Of a DNA stretch of 64,000 nt, positions 13,392 to 24,625 are shown piece after piece. The notes below the pieces were generated by a model. That model was not told where the DNA came from. It was given only the letters and a program-made list of their open reading frames with translations, and did no database searches. A program made the position numbers and the translations under genes. Every line of letters begins with the position of its first letter. Position 1 is the stretch's first letter. The DNA comes from Vicugna vicugna (Eukaryota), in assembly GCA_013265495.1 (NCBI GenBank), contig MU058065.1, forward strand, positions 5,120,976 through 5,184,975, written 5' to 3'.

Positions 13392-13860
13392 AATCAGTCG
13401 TGCTGAGGTAACTCACAACCTCAAATTCTCAGTTCTTACAACAATTAAGGATTTTTCTTGCTCATGTGGTACATACGCTTCTGGTGGGCTGTGGCCCTGG
13501 TCCACAGGCTTGTCCATGTGACTGAGGAGAAGAACGAGAGTCTCCACTAAACCATGTGATCTTTCTAAACAGGTCCGCCCTGGACTAGGGAAATCTGAGT
13601 AAGAATGCTGGATTTTACCAATGTCAATGTCCTGGTTGTGTAAGATGTTACCACTGGTGGAAACTGGGTAAAAGGGCCATGGGATCACTCTGTATTATTT
13701 CTTACAATTGCATGTGAACCTACACCCACCTCAAAATTAAAAGTGTAATTAAAAAAAAAAAGTATCTGCCTCATCAGATGTGGCATGTATCACATCTCAT
13801 CACATTCCATTGGCCAACACAAATCACATGGACAGGCAGCAAAACCTACCTGCCCCCAAG
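13392..13860 (-). mobile_element. Old MLT1 (J/K-like) LTR fragments interrupted by an L1
   Basis: CAAATTCTCAGTTCTTACAACA..TTTCTTGCTCATG and ATCACATCTCATCACATTCCATTGGCCA..CACATGG. Confidence 0.55.
13585..13760 (+). mobile_element. L1MD-like 3' end
   Basis: AAGATGTTACCACTGGTGGAAACTGGGTAAAAGG..CTCTGTATTATTTCTTACAATTGCATGTGAA plus a poly(A) tail. Confidence 0.8.
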
Positions 13861-13905
13861 GAGGCCCAGCAAACCACATGGCTGTGGATAAGGATGCATA
13901 TTTTA

Positions 13906-14170
13906 TGTAACAATCAGGATCCCACGTGGAAAATAGAAACCACATTAGGTTTTTTCAGAAGAGACAATTTAATATAGTGAATTGTGATGTTAAAAGAATT
14001 CTTGAAAACTAAAAAGACAGAATGAGAACACGGAGGTAACAAAAGTACTTGCTGCAGCAGCAGCATCACCCTTGGGCTGGGGAACAAAGCAAAGAAGTTG
14101 ATTAGAATAAATTAGAGACTTGGGAGAGGAGAGACTCAGAAAAGACAGGGCACTACCCACTGATGTGTGT
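13906..14170 (-). mobile_element. ERVL-class LTR fragment
   Basis: TGTAACAATCAGGATCC..GAAAATAGAAACCACA..AATTTAATATAG terminus, directly next to ERVL internal sequence. Confidence 0.55.
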
Positions 14171-14189
14171 ACCCCATGCATTTGGAAAA

Positions 14190-15230
14190 TGAGCTACAGT
14201 CCTCATTTCTGTAATTGATCACAAGGTTATAGTTGGTATTTATTACTTCCTTCTTTGATTAGCCCTTCCCTGATTAGCCAGCACCTCAGGTGGTTGGGGT
14301 TCTTGACTTAGTAGGGTGACCCAAACCCTCATTCCTGAAGGGCCTGAGTCTCAGTGGTCCCACCTTTTTATTGACTGCTGTGATTTCCCTTGGACTTTTA
14401 TTAGAGGGCATGAGAAGACTAAGAGATACCCCCCAAAATCCTTTGGATTCCAGTCTGTTGCTCACTGCCTCCATCACATAACAGCAATCCAACGTCCCTT
14501 GGTAATTGGGATCAAGTACCCCAGCCAACAGGATAGCCCATCCTTTGCCAAAATGGCCAGTCTCAACTTTCCATTCAGTGAAACCAATGCTATATCCCCT
14601 GTGGAAGCATATGTCCCTTGAGAACAAAAGCCATCAAAACTGCAGACCTCAGCACTCTGGGGATAGGAAGTAAAAATTCTGCAAGAAGTTTACCAAAAAT
14701 AATGGAAGAACCATTCCAGTTTCTATCCTTGATTCTGGGACCCATATATTATGGCTTTGGGAGAAACAGCACCATAGACCCATCACTGATTTTGCTCTCT
14801 GAGAGTGAAGCCCAATGTGTTGTCTCCTACTTTTTATGGAAAAGTAAACTGAATCTTCAGTTGGTCATTATACTATTCTAGCAGGCCAGTTGTTTCTGAG
14901 TGGTAGAGTGTGTGATAAGGCTTTGATGGTAGAGCTAATATCCTCAATCTGCCTTCCTACCATAACGGACCTTACTTCACAGGTGACTGGGCTCATGTGA
15001 CTGAGTACCTCTATTCTAATTATACCTCAGGCATCTGGAGAAATAACCACAAGAGGTTTCATTGACCTACTTGGCCCAATTGTGAGAAAAACATGAGCCA
15101 AAATTTCATTTTTCGCTTGAGAACACAAACCCTCAGTTGACTGACCTACCACAGAATTGTTTTGGGTCCCCCCAGGAGTTAGCATCAATTTAGAGACAGT
15201 ATTGATTAATCCCCTATTTTATGAATATTT
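14190..15230 (-). mobile_element. ERVL internal remnant (integrase C-terminus and dUTPase-like region), pseudogenised
   Basis: Minus-strand translation gives LLAGVLDPNYQG (ERVL dUTPase-like), YGAVSP..GSQNQG and YHSETTGLLE..NDQLKIQ (integrase-like); stops and frameshifts present. Confidence 0.8.
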
Positions 15231-15329
15231 ACCTTTCTCCAGTGTTTCCCTCCTCCCATCTCCTTTCCCAGAGTCACTCTGGTAAGTGGAGGAGTTAAAT
15301 GAATGTTTAAAAAGAGTAATACAAACTTA

Positions 15330-15550
15330 CCACTTTTCTTGTCTTCTTTATTTTTCTTCATAACACTCATCACTCCCTGAAATTACATCAAATATTAATC
15401 TGTTTATTTAGTTACCTTTTATCTTCTATCTTCCTGATGAACATATAAGCTCCAATGAGGACTGGATGTCTTATTTATTACTGTATCCCTGATACTTAGA
15501 AGTTTTTGATCCTTAATCAGCACTTAATAAATGCATGTTGAATGAACGAA
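15330..15550 (+). mobile_element. L2 3' end
   Basis: ATATAAGCTCC..CTGTATCCC..CACTTAATAAATGCATGTTGAATGAA. Confidence 0.8.
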
Positions 15551-15860
15551 CATTTCTGGAAGACAGTTAGGCAATGTGTAACAAAAGCTTTAAAAAGTGT
15601 GTAAAGCCTACAGCCTAGAAATTTAACTTCTGGAAATTGATCCTTAAAAATACTTTGTTTTGGGTAAAATTTAGTTTTTAAAGAACTGCTTATTTATAGC
15701 ATAAAATTTGAAAAAAGAAAATAACCTAAACATATCATTGGAAATTATTCATTCATTCAACACACACTTACGAGTGCCCACGAAGCACCAGAACAGGGCT
15801 AGGTGCAAGAGACACCGTTGTTAACAAGGCCAGTGTGATCTCTCAGGGAGCCCAGATGTC
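15551..15860. mobile_element. Old L1 fragment (+, to ~15745) followed by an L2 3' end (-)
   Basis: TTTCTGGAAGACAGTTAGGCAA and AACCTAAACAT (L1); ATTCATTCATTCAACA..GAGTGCCCAC (L2). Confidence 0.6.
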
Positions 15861-16587
15861 AAGAGACTATCCCACTTTTTAATTTTGTAATGCAGCAAAT
15901 AACTGAATGTTAGCTTATAGATACTTCACTAATAATAGCAATAATAAAGAGGATACTTTACACTTGCATAGCACTTCTAACTTTCCAAAGTAATTCTCCA
16001 GCTATCATATTTCTTAAAATTAGGTCATATTAAACTGCACTTGAACTTCATTATTAGATATTTTCTGAGAAGAGAGTTGAGAGATTGTTGGCCTTTTTAC
16101 ATTAATTATGGATGTATAAGATGAATTAATCAAATTCTGCTGTATTTGCTATGAGGGTCAATTGTATGGGAAAAAAAAAAAAGCCACTCTCTGCAGGATC
16201 TGGAGTAGGATGCAGCAGACAGGATTATGCAAAAACAAAAGTTCTTTACATGGTTTCATTTTTAAATAAACCTAAACCCATTATCTTTATGGGGCATCAT
16301 TTAGTAGTCTTCAAGAATACCACTATTTTGCAAAAATCAAGTCCACTGGCAGATTTAAAATCAAGTCCATTAGTAGATTTACAGTGAAGCTGCAGGGCCC
16401 CTCACTTGCCTGGGCCCCACCCGAGGCACTGGAAGGGGACTCAGTATGGTATTCCGTGGCCACATGGTTCTTTAAAATTGACCAAAAAAATGTTTTTGTT
16501 TACCTCCATCAGCTTAGACTGGCATCTCACTCCATCAAATTTCCCCTCTTTTACATTCTTCGTTAGATTGTGTGTGAATGGCCGTAG

Positions 16588-17210
16588 GTAGGGGTACCTA
16601 TAGGATACACAGGGCCCCAGGAAAATATTTTTGTGGGGCCTCTGTCTATATAAACTATTTTATTAAAAATATGTTATAAAGTCCGGGCCTATGTGAGATA
16701 GAGTCAGAACAGTTAGAACAAGGTCTGGTGAGAGCCAATACATAGATCTCCCTCCACAGCTCAAGCATGAAGGTTAACAGTGGGCCATCGGTCTCTCAGA
16801 GCTCCAAACTCGTCCTGTGCCAGGGGGGAGTGACGGTCACCCCAAATCAGTCTGTCAGTCCTATGCTGCTGACCCAATACCACAAGATGCCATGAAAGAA
16901 ATGCCACACTGGTCAATGAATGTAAGCCACTCAGCAAGACCCTAAACCCAAGTCCCACAGAGCTTTGGGACATCTGGTCAATCCAATACATGAGCTGGAC
17001 GGTCAGAGAGCATCCCAACGGTTGAAAGGAGGCCCAGGGTCCATACAGGCCCAGGGTCAGTGTTAAGGGGCCCCATCCAGAAGGTGCTGCCAGTCCCAGC
17101 CAATCCCAGAGAAACTGGACAATTTTGAGGAAGGCACTCCAAGGGCATGGCCTGCTGAGGCACAGCCACCAGTGTGGCAGCCTGGCTCACTGGGGTCTGA
17201 GGGTAATACC
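16588..17210. mobile_element. Second hAT-Tip100-like element (FordPrefect-like) nested in the first
   Basis: GGGCCCCAGGAAAATATTTTTGTGGGGCCTCTGTCTATATAAAC subterminal motif; degenerate 8-bp flanks GGCCGTAG and AGCCACAG. Confidence 0.5.
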
Positions 17211-17248
17211 AGCCACAGCATTTTTAATATGTAATCAAAGAAATGTTG

Positions 17249-17401
17249 GGGGAGGGTATAGCTCCAGTGGTGAACACATGCTTAGCATACAGAAGGTCCT
17301 GGGTTCAATCCCCAGTGCCTCCTCTAAAAATAAATAAACCTAATTACTTCCCCCTGCCAAGATAAAATAATTTAATAATATATATATATATATATATATA
17401 T
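17249..17401 (+). mobile_element. vic-1-type camelid tRNA-derived SINE
   Basis: GGGGAGGGTATAGCTC..GGTCCTGGGTTCAATCCCCAG with A/B boxes, AAATAAACCTAATTAC tail, (TA)n, and exact 12-bp TSD AAAGAAATGTTG at 17237-17248 and 17402-17413. Confidence 0.92.
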
Positions 17402-18989
17402 AAAGAAATGTTGATTTACAAGATACATTTAGTTAGGGGTTGCTGAAATATATTTATTTGGTTTGCCATTATTTCCATGTATAATAAAATTATGGCTAAA
17501 CATCCCAACGCAGAAATGGCTTCCAGGAACACTCCTATTCAAAGGTGGAGAGCCAGAGGTCGTGTAATGATATGACACTTGAGCCAAAAGAATGTAGGTA
17601 GTGGCAAGAAGTAGGTTTGAAAGTAGGCAACCAGAAGTTAATCTATAGAAAAATTTTTCAATCATAACAGCTTATGTATTAATATAAATATATTAATATG
17701 ATACATATGAATATTGATAGAGAAATTTCCCCAAATTTAATCACCTTAATAATTCATGTAAAATTACCAATAAAAAGTACCAAAGAAGCTTCTTAACTAT
17801 TAATATTAAATGTCTTAAAGAAGAGACTGAGCTACCTTTTTATTTTCTGTACAGAAAATGTCACAAACTCATTATTACGTAACAAGATGATCAAAGACTA
17901 TGCAATCAAAAATGTAAGAAAAAGTATTACAGAGTTACGTTAGCAAGTCTATTAATACATCTATAATGATTCTGGATTTTGTGATTTTTATGGCAGTCAG
18001 CTTAAGAAGTTTGTAACACTGTGATTTCATTTCTCAATCTAAGTAAACGTTTACTTTCATTTCTGATTTTGTATTCTTTTTTTAAAGAAAGTCTTAAAAA
18101 TGGTATAACCTTTCAGGCTCACAAAACCAAGTTCTATCCCTGTTTATGGGGCTACGTCTTACACACTTCAACATAACTGACTTGTCAATTGAAATTCGTC
18201 ATTGGCTATGAAAACAGACATGGATTTATGAGTTCCTCTGGGGAGGAACTACAGTATTTTCTCCCCAAAAGGAGTCATTCACACTTAGACTCAAATAAAC
18301 ACATATATTCTTATCAAATGAGACTTTCATCGGATGTAAACCTGCATGCAAACATTCGCTAATCTCTTCAACCTGACTGTTAAAGAGACTGAATCCTATT
18401 GTGCCTTTTGAAGTTCCTGCTCCTGAAAATTCATTTAATTCCTAAGCAAGGTTTACATGAATTTCATCTTTGTTTTCCAACCAGCTCCTACTTTCATGAA
18501 ATCCTCCTGGGAGGAGTTCCTCGAGTATTGAGGACTGTTTCGGCCAGCTGTTCAGGGCTGGGCTAAGGGCCAATGTGTGTAAATATGAGCGGGGTCACCA
18601 GGTCAGCAGATCCTGGCTGGGTTGGGCTCAGGCTGCATCCTCAGAGGGGCGGTTCTCCACCTCATAGCTGGGGAGACTGACTCGCACAGCCACATATGCT
18701 GTATACGACCCAACACACAGCACAGTGGAATTGGAGCACTTGAGTTTAGGGTGGTCACTTCCAATGCGGCAGATGGGAGAAAAGAGCAGGATACCAGTGG
18801 GAGATATTAGAAAGCTGGAACACTTTAGAGCTAAGTTACCTAATCTGATTTTAAAGCAGTTTCCATGGGCTAAGGCAGGAGTAAGCCAAGGGGCATCCTG
18901 TTACAGTCAATATGAAAACAATGAGTTATGACCAGTCACTTACCCTAGATTCAGCTTCCATAATTAAACATGCTCTTATTCCCTGAATT

Positions 18990-19400
18990 TGTGTTGGCCA
19001 GGGCAATTAACATGAAATGTGCTAACAAAACAAAATCAAAGTCTCAGCGATTTAACAGAACGTAAATTTATTTCTAACCTATACAAAGTCCAGTATGGAT
19101 GCCTGTGGGTCTGTCCTCCAAACGATGACTCAGGAACCCAGGTTGCTTCCATCTGTGGTTCTGCCTTCCTGATGCCCTGGTGGCATATACCTGGCAGGTG
19201 GGAGGGTTGAGAAGATGGAAGATCTCGCAGGACTTTCTGTAGGCCCCAGGAGTGGAGATGGAGTGTATCACTTCTGCCCACATTGCACAGACCAGAACTC
19301 AGTCAGGTGGACTCATTCAGCTGGAGGAGAGGCAGGGAAATACCACTCCACTGGGTGCAAAGAAATGAAAGGAAATGGGTTTGGTGCCACTGTCAACACA
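18990..19400 (-). mobile_element. MLT1J-like MaLR solo LTR
   Basis: TG..CA ends; TCTCAGCGATTTAACA, GACTCAGGAACCCAGGTTGCTTCCATCT, ATCACTTCTGCCCACATT. Confidence 0.8.
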
Positions 19401-21459
19401 AACCAGCTAAGTCTTGACTTTCTGTCAGTTCTCCATATGCCAGAAGACACATTTGCATGCTGATAAAATGTTAAACATCTCCACTTGTTGCCATTGAAAA
19501 AATAACTTGCTTTTGCTTGTTGCAAAATTCATTTATTTGAATTTATGCTTTAAATTAATATAGAATTTTAGAATTTTAGAATCTGATTTGTATGATTCTT
19601 CTTGTGTTTAAATAAATTGATCGAATAATCCTTTTCTCTTACTTGGTTCAATGCTGATAAGTGCTACATGGATTAAAGCTGATAGAGTAAATATTTAAAA
19701 TTCAGAAATGTTGTCTCTCATCAATCCACCATCTCTTCCAGGCCTTCCGGTTAGATCAGTGATACCCTCTGGCCCTTGTCATGTTTTATTTCAGTCCAAT
19801 CTCCTTCTAACAGGAGTTTTACAAGGCACCTGCAGTTAATTTGATAAACTAATTTGAACTGAGAAGTTAGGCTGGTTAATCAGGACGGCAAATAGGCTCA
19901 CATCCCTGTTCTGATTTGCACTTTAACCAGCATTTTTCAGTGCTTTCCTCAAAGCTTTTTAATTTTGAGAGAAGCTTGCTAAGGCGTTGGTTGAGGAGTG
20001 AGTGGGAAATCCTCCTCTTTTATATGGTTAGGTCTCTTCACGTGGCTAATTCTACAGCTGTTCTTGGAGATTCATAATGTACATAAGACCATCACAGGTC
20101 CAGGGAAACCTTCAATAAAGACATCGGTTTCCTGTTTATTCCAGTTTTCCCAAACTTTTCCCACCATGGGGGTTTTTCTTAATTGTTTTTTTTTGGTTTG
20201 GAGTTTTACAATTTCCTTTTCTTTCTGCATAACTCATACACAAATCATGAAATATTTAATCCAGGAAATATAAAGTGCAACAGAGGCCCAGTAAGGGCAA
20301 TCATTTGAGGCAGGGGATTTGCACGTGGCCTCATGAGCCATCCTCACTCTGCTGGTGGGGACATCACTGGCTTCTCAACCTCTCGTGGCCCAATCCCATG
20401 TGTGTTTGCCGAGCTCCTAATTCTGTGTTTTATCCATCGAAATCAGCATATCCCCAGTGACAGGTCAAAAAAAATGTATGAATCTCAACAATCAGTCACC
20501 TCGTGGGAATTCCAATCTCTCTTCCATTTAAATTAAAGAAAATTCACAGTCAGCATCGCTGTTTTCTTTAGTCTGCTCCACATCAAAAATATTTAAATCA
20601 AATTTCAAGTTTTCCCACTTTGGGCTTTTACACTTCAAGAGAAAAGAAGAACTCTGTCCTCTCCAAGGGAAGGACTTTTGGAAAAAAATAAACCAAATAA
20701 ATCCAATGAGCCCCCTGCCAGCAGTCCCCCTTCTTGTCCAGCTTTTACCCGCCAGGGGGGAAAAAAATAAACTTCCCATTTGACTCTCCCTTGCTGACAG
20801 TCTCTTCTAACTGTATCACAAATTAAACTGTAAAATAAATAAATGAATCAAAGCAGCTGCTATAGGATGGGAAATGCAAAGATGTGTGAGAGGGACGTTT
20901 ATGAGAAAGGAAATCTCGGCATCAAATGATCTGAAAGCATCCAAGTCAGTGTTTTTGATGTGGCCCTACTGTAAGTGGGGCAGTCAGGGGGTTTTCAGCA
21001 ACAGTGAGTGATGTCCACACCAAAATGAAAACTTAAAACTTTGTGTAGATGAGCCACCAAAACCAGACAGTGAAAAGAAGGGCAGGATAACTTTGACCAA
21101 CTCTCTCCCACTTTCATCTCCTACTAAGAATCCACAAAAATCAGTCATTAGGAGAGCAAAAGACAGCGGCAACCTGGTTGGTGGAGTTACTGAGATGACC
21201 GGAAAGGTCACTTGTGCGCTGAGTGGTGGTTTCTCGCCTACAGGTATTCCCCATTGATCAGAATGACGCCTCCAGCCAGATGAAGCTTGAGCAAGATTCT
21301 GAGTGCTGGTCCCCCATGCCTCTCTGTTCACTCAAGGTGTGCATCTACATCTCACCTCTCCAAATGGACTGCAAACTCATTGGCAGCTGGGAGCATTTTT
21401 CAGATTACTTTATACCCTTCACATTGTTTGGAACACTGCTTTAGGCTTCATGGACACCC

Positions 21460-21635
21460 AGTGGCGGCAGGGTCATGGATCAGAAGTTATGACTTTCAGG
21501 TCCTTGTTTCACTATTTATTAACCATGTAACCTTAAGCAAGCCACAATTCCTCTAAACCCCAGTCTCTTCATCTGTATAGTTGATATAATAAAAAAAAAT
21601 TAGTGCCTCCATCATGGAGTTGTTTAAAGAGTGAG
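21460..21635 (+). mobile_element. MIR SINE
   Basis: TGTAACCTTAAGCAAGCCAC..CAGTCTCTTCATCTGTA core. Confidence 0.7.
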
Positions 21636-21659
21636 GTGCAGAGCCAGAGCAAAAAAATG

Positions 21660-22665
21660 GGTGGTATACCACTCAGATAAAAAGAATAAACATTTCCTTC
21701 ACCCAGAAAGTTTCTTCAATCCACTCTCCACTCAATAGTGCCCCTTTCATACACAAAGACTGACCCCAGATAACTGCTGATCTGATTTCTATCATCATTG
21801 ACCCCTTCCCCTATTCCAGAGGGTCATATAAATGGAATCACATAGTATGTATACTCTTTTTTATCTGGCTTCTTCCTCTCAACATAGTATCTATGAAACT
21901 CAATCATGTTGTTACATACAATTGAAGTTATCCTTTTTCATGGCTGCATAAGTTTCTATCACGAATATATCACAATCTGTTTATCCATTCACATGTTGCC
22001 AATCTATGGAGCTGTTTCCAGTTTGGATCTACCGTGAATAAAGCTGCTATCGATATTTGTATTCACGCCCCTTTGCAGGCATCTGTTTTCTTTTCTATTG
22101 GATAAATACTTACGAGAGGAATTGCTAGGTAATCGGGTAAGTGCATGTCTAACTTCACAATACATGTGTCAATCAATTTCCCTAGTGGTTCTACCCTTTT
22201 ACATTCCAACCAGCTAAGTATGAGAGTTTCAACAGTTCACTAGCATTTGATGGTGTCAGTATTTTAAACTGTAACAATTTTAATGGGTGGGTTCAAAATA
22301 TCTTGTGGTTTTAATTTGCACTTCCTTGATGTTAAACAACTTTTCATATAAGTATTTGTCATTCTAATATCTCTTTTTTGGAGTGTTTATTCAAATTTTT
22401 GCCCATTTTTCAATTGGGTGATTTGTCTTTTTATCATTGGTTTGTAAGGATTCTTTATATACTCTGAATAAGAGTCCTTTATTAGCTAGATGTATTGTGA
22501 ATATCTTCTCCCTGTCTGTGTCTTTTCACTTTTCAATAGTGTCTTTGAAGAGCAGAAAGTTTTCATTTTTGTGAAGTCTTGTTTAAAAAATCTTTGCCTA
22601 TACAGTATTAAAAGTATTCTCTTCCTTCTTTCAGAAGCTTTACAAATTTAGCTTGCATGTAGGGC
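21660..22665 (-). mobile_element. Old L1 (L1MB/L1ME-like) 3' region
   Basis: CATATAAATGGAATCACATAGTATGTA, TTTCCAGTTTGG, GAATAAAGCTGCTAT, GTGGTTTTAATTTGCA. Confidence 0.9.
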
Positions 22666-22834
22666 TGTCCTGAAAAGTGTGTATTTTCATTTGTTAGTTT
22701 ATTTGATCTGAAATAAAATGTTTGAGGTTGAGAAATACCACTTGGACAGCTTGATTTAGGACTTAGAATCTTGCAATTAGAGATCAATAAAGAATGTCTA
22801 AGTCAAGTCTCATTTTGTTTGTCCATTTAGCAAG

Positions 22835-22956
22835 TTGTAAAATGATTTGAAGTGGGACACTTCTGACAGTGAAAAGGGGCACCAGTCACAACCATGCCAA
22901 GATAAAAGGCAGACACCAGGACTGTTTGTGGCAAACTCTGACATATGGTCACTCTA
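22835..22956 (-). mobile_element. MER81-like hAT-Blackjack MITE
   Basis: GGGACACTTCTGACAGTGAAAAGGGGC..ATATGGTCACTCTA terminus. Confidence 0.7.
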
Positions 22957-23100
22957 GATTCAGGTGTCCTGACTCCAGGTTAAGAATCATCCTTGGACAT
23001 TTTCCATTAATAGTGATTTAATTAACAAATTCTCCTGTAGCATGCCTTTGTTTATTGCAACTACTAAAACATTAATTGAAATGTCAAAAACAGTTGAAGA

Positions 23101-24625
23101 TTGGCATGCATGTACCTTTTCAAATTAGCGTTCCCTCTGGATACATGTCCAAGAGTGGGACTGCTGGATCACAGTAAGGAATCTCCATACTGTTTTCCAT
23201 AATGGCTACGCCAAACTATATTCCCACCAACAGTGTAGGAGGATTCCATTTTCTACACCCTCTCCAGCATTCATCATTTGTGGACTTTTTACTTATGGCC
23301 ATTCTGACTGGTATGAGGTGATACCTCATTGCAGTTTTGATTTGCATTTCTCTGATAATTAATGATATTGAGCATTTTTCATGTGCCTATTGGCCATCTG
23401 TATATCTTCACTGAAGAAATGTCTGTTTAGGTCTTCTGCCCATTTTTTGATTGGGCTATTTGTTTTTTGTGGGGTTTTTTGGTGTTATTGAGTTGTATAA
23501 GCTGTTTGTATATTCTTGAAATTACTCCACTGTCAGTTGCATAGTTTGCAAATATGTTCTCCCAGTCCATAGGTTGTCTTTTCATTTTGTTTATTGTTTC
23601 CTTTGCTGTGCAAAAGCTTTTAAGTTTAATGAGGTCCCGTTTGTTTATTTTTGCATTTATTTCTATTGCCTTGGTAGAATGACCTAGGAGAATATTGCTA
23701 CAATTTACATCAGAGAATATTTTGCCTATGTTCTCTTCTAGGAGGTTTATGGTATCTTGGCACCCCAGTGTTCACAGCAGCACTATTTACAATAGCCATG
23801 GCATGGAAGCACCTCAAACGTCCATCAACAGATGATTGTATAACAAAAGATGTAGATGTATATATACTCAGTAAAACACTCTTAACCTTAAAAAAGAATG
23901 AAGTAATGCCATGTGCAGCAATATGGACAGAATTAGTGATTAAGATTAAGTGAAATAAGCCAGAAAGAGAAAGAAAAATACCATATGACACCACTTACAT
24001 GTGAAATCTACAAAAAATGAAAATGACACAAATGAACTTACTTACAAAACAGAAACGGACTCACAGACATAGAAAACAAACTGATGGTTACCAGGCGGGA
24101 AAGGGGATGGGGAGGAATAAATTGGGAGTTCAGGATTTACACTGTGGTATATACAATGGCATATTACTCAGCCATAAAAAAGAATAAAATTATCAGATTT
24201 GCAGCAACATGGATGGACCTGGAGATTGTCATACTACGTGAAGTAAGTCAAAGAAAGAAAAATACCATATACTATCACTTATATGTGGAGTTGATTTTTA
24301 AAAAAAAGACACAAATGAACTTATTTACAAAACAGAAATAGACTCACAAACATAGAAAACAAACTTATGGTTACCGGGGGTAGGCGGGAGATGGAGGGAT
24401 AAATTGGGAGTTCAGGATTTGCAGATACTAACTACCACATATAAAATAGATAAACAATAAGGTCCTACTATATAGCACAGGGACCTATAGTCAGTATATT
24501 GTAATAACCTATATTGAAAAAGAATATAAAAAGGAATATATATATATATAACTGAATCACTGTGCTGTACACCAGAAACTAACATAACATTGTAAATCGA
24601 CTATACATCAGTTAAAAAAAACAAC
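23101..24625 (+). mobile_element. Lineage-specific L1, 5'-inverted (23101-23759 antisense, 23760-24625 sense), with a duplicated 3'UTR block
   Basis: Both halves are adjoining L1 ORF2-end sequence; A-rich tail; exact TSD AACAGTTGAAGA at 23089-23100 and 24626-24637. Confidence 0.92.

Larger units (their letters stand above)
16368..18142 (+). mobile_element. hAT-Tip100 DNA transposon (MER115/Zaphod-like), interrupted
   Basis: 5' end AGATTTACAGTGAAGCT..CAGGGCCCCTCACTTGCCTGGGCCCC; 3' end TTCAGGCTCACAAAACC..CCCTG; body resumes after two insertions. Confidence 0.7.

Noticed and set aside
17249..17325. tRNA gene
   Set aside because: It is the head of a SINE with tail, (TA)n and TSD, and its tRNA stems are degenerate.
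18231..18250. 8-bp hairpin AGTTCCTC-tggg-GAGGAACT as a terminator or pre-miRNA
   Set aside because: Too short, eukaryotic context, expected by chance.
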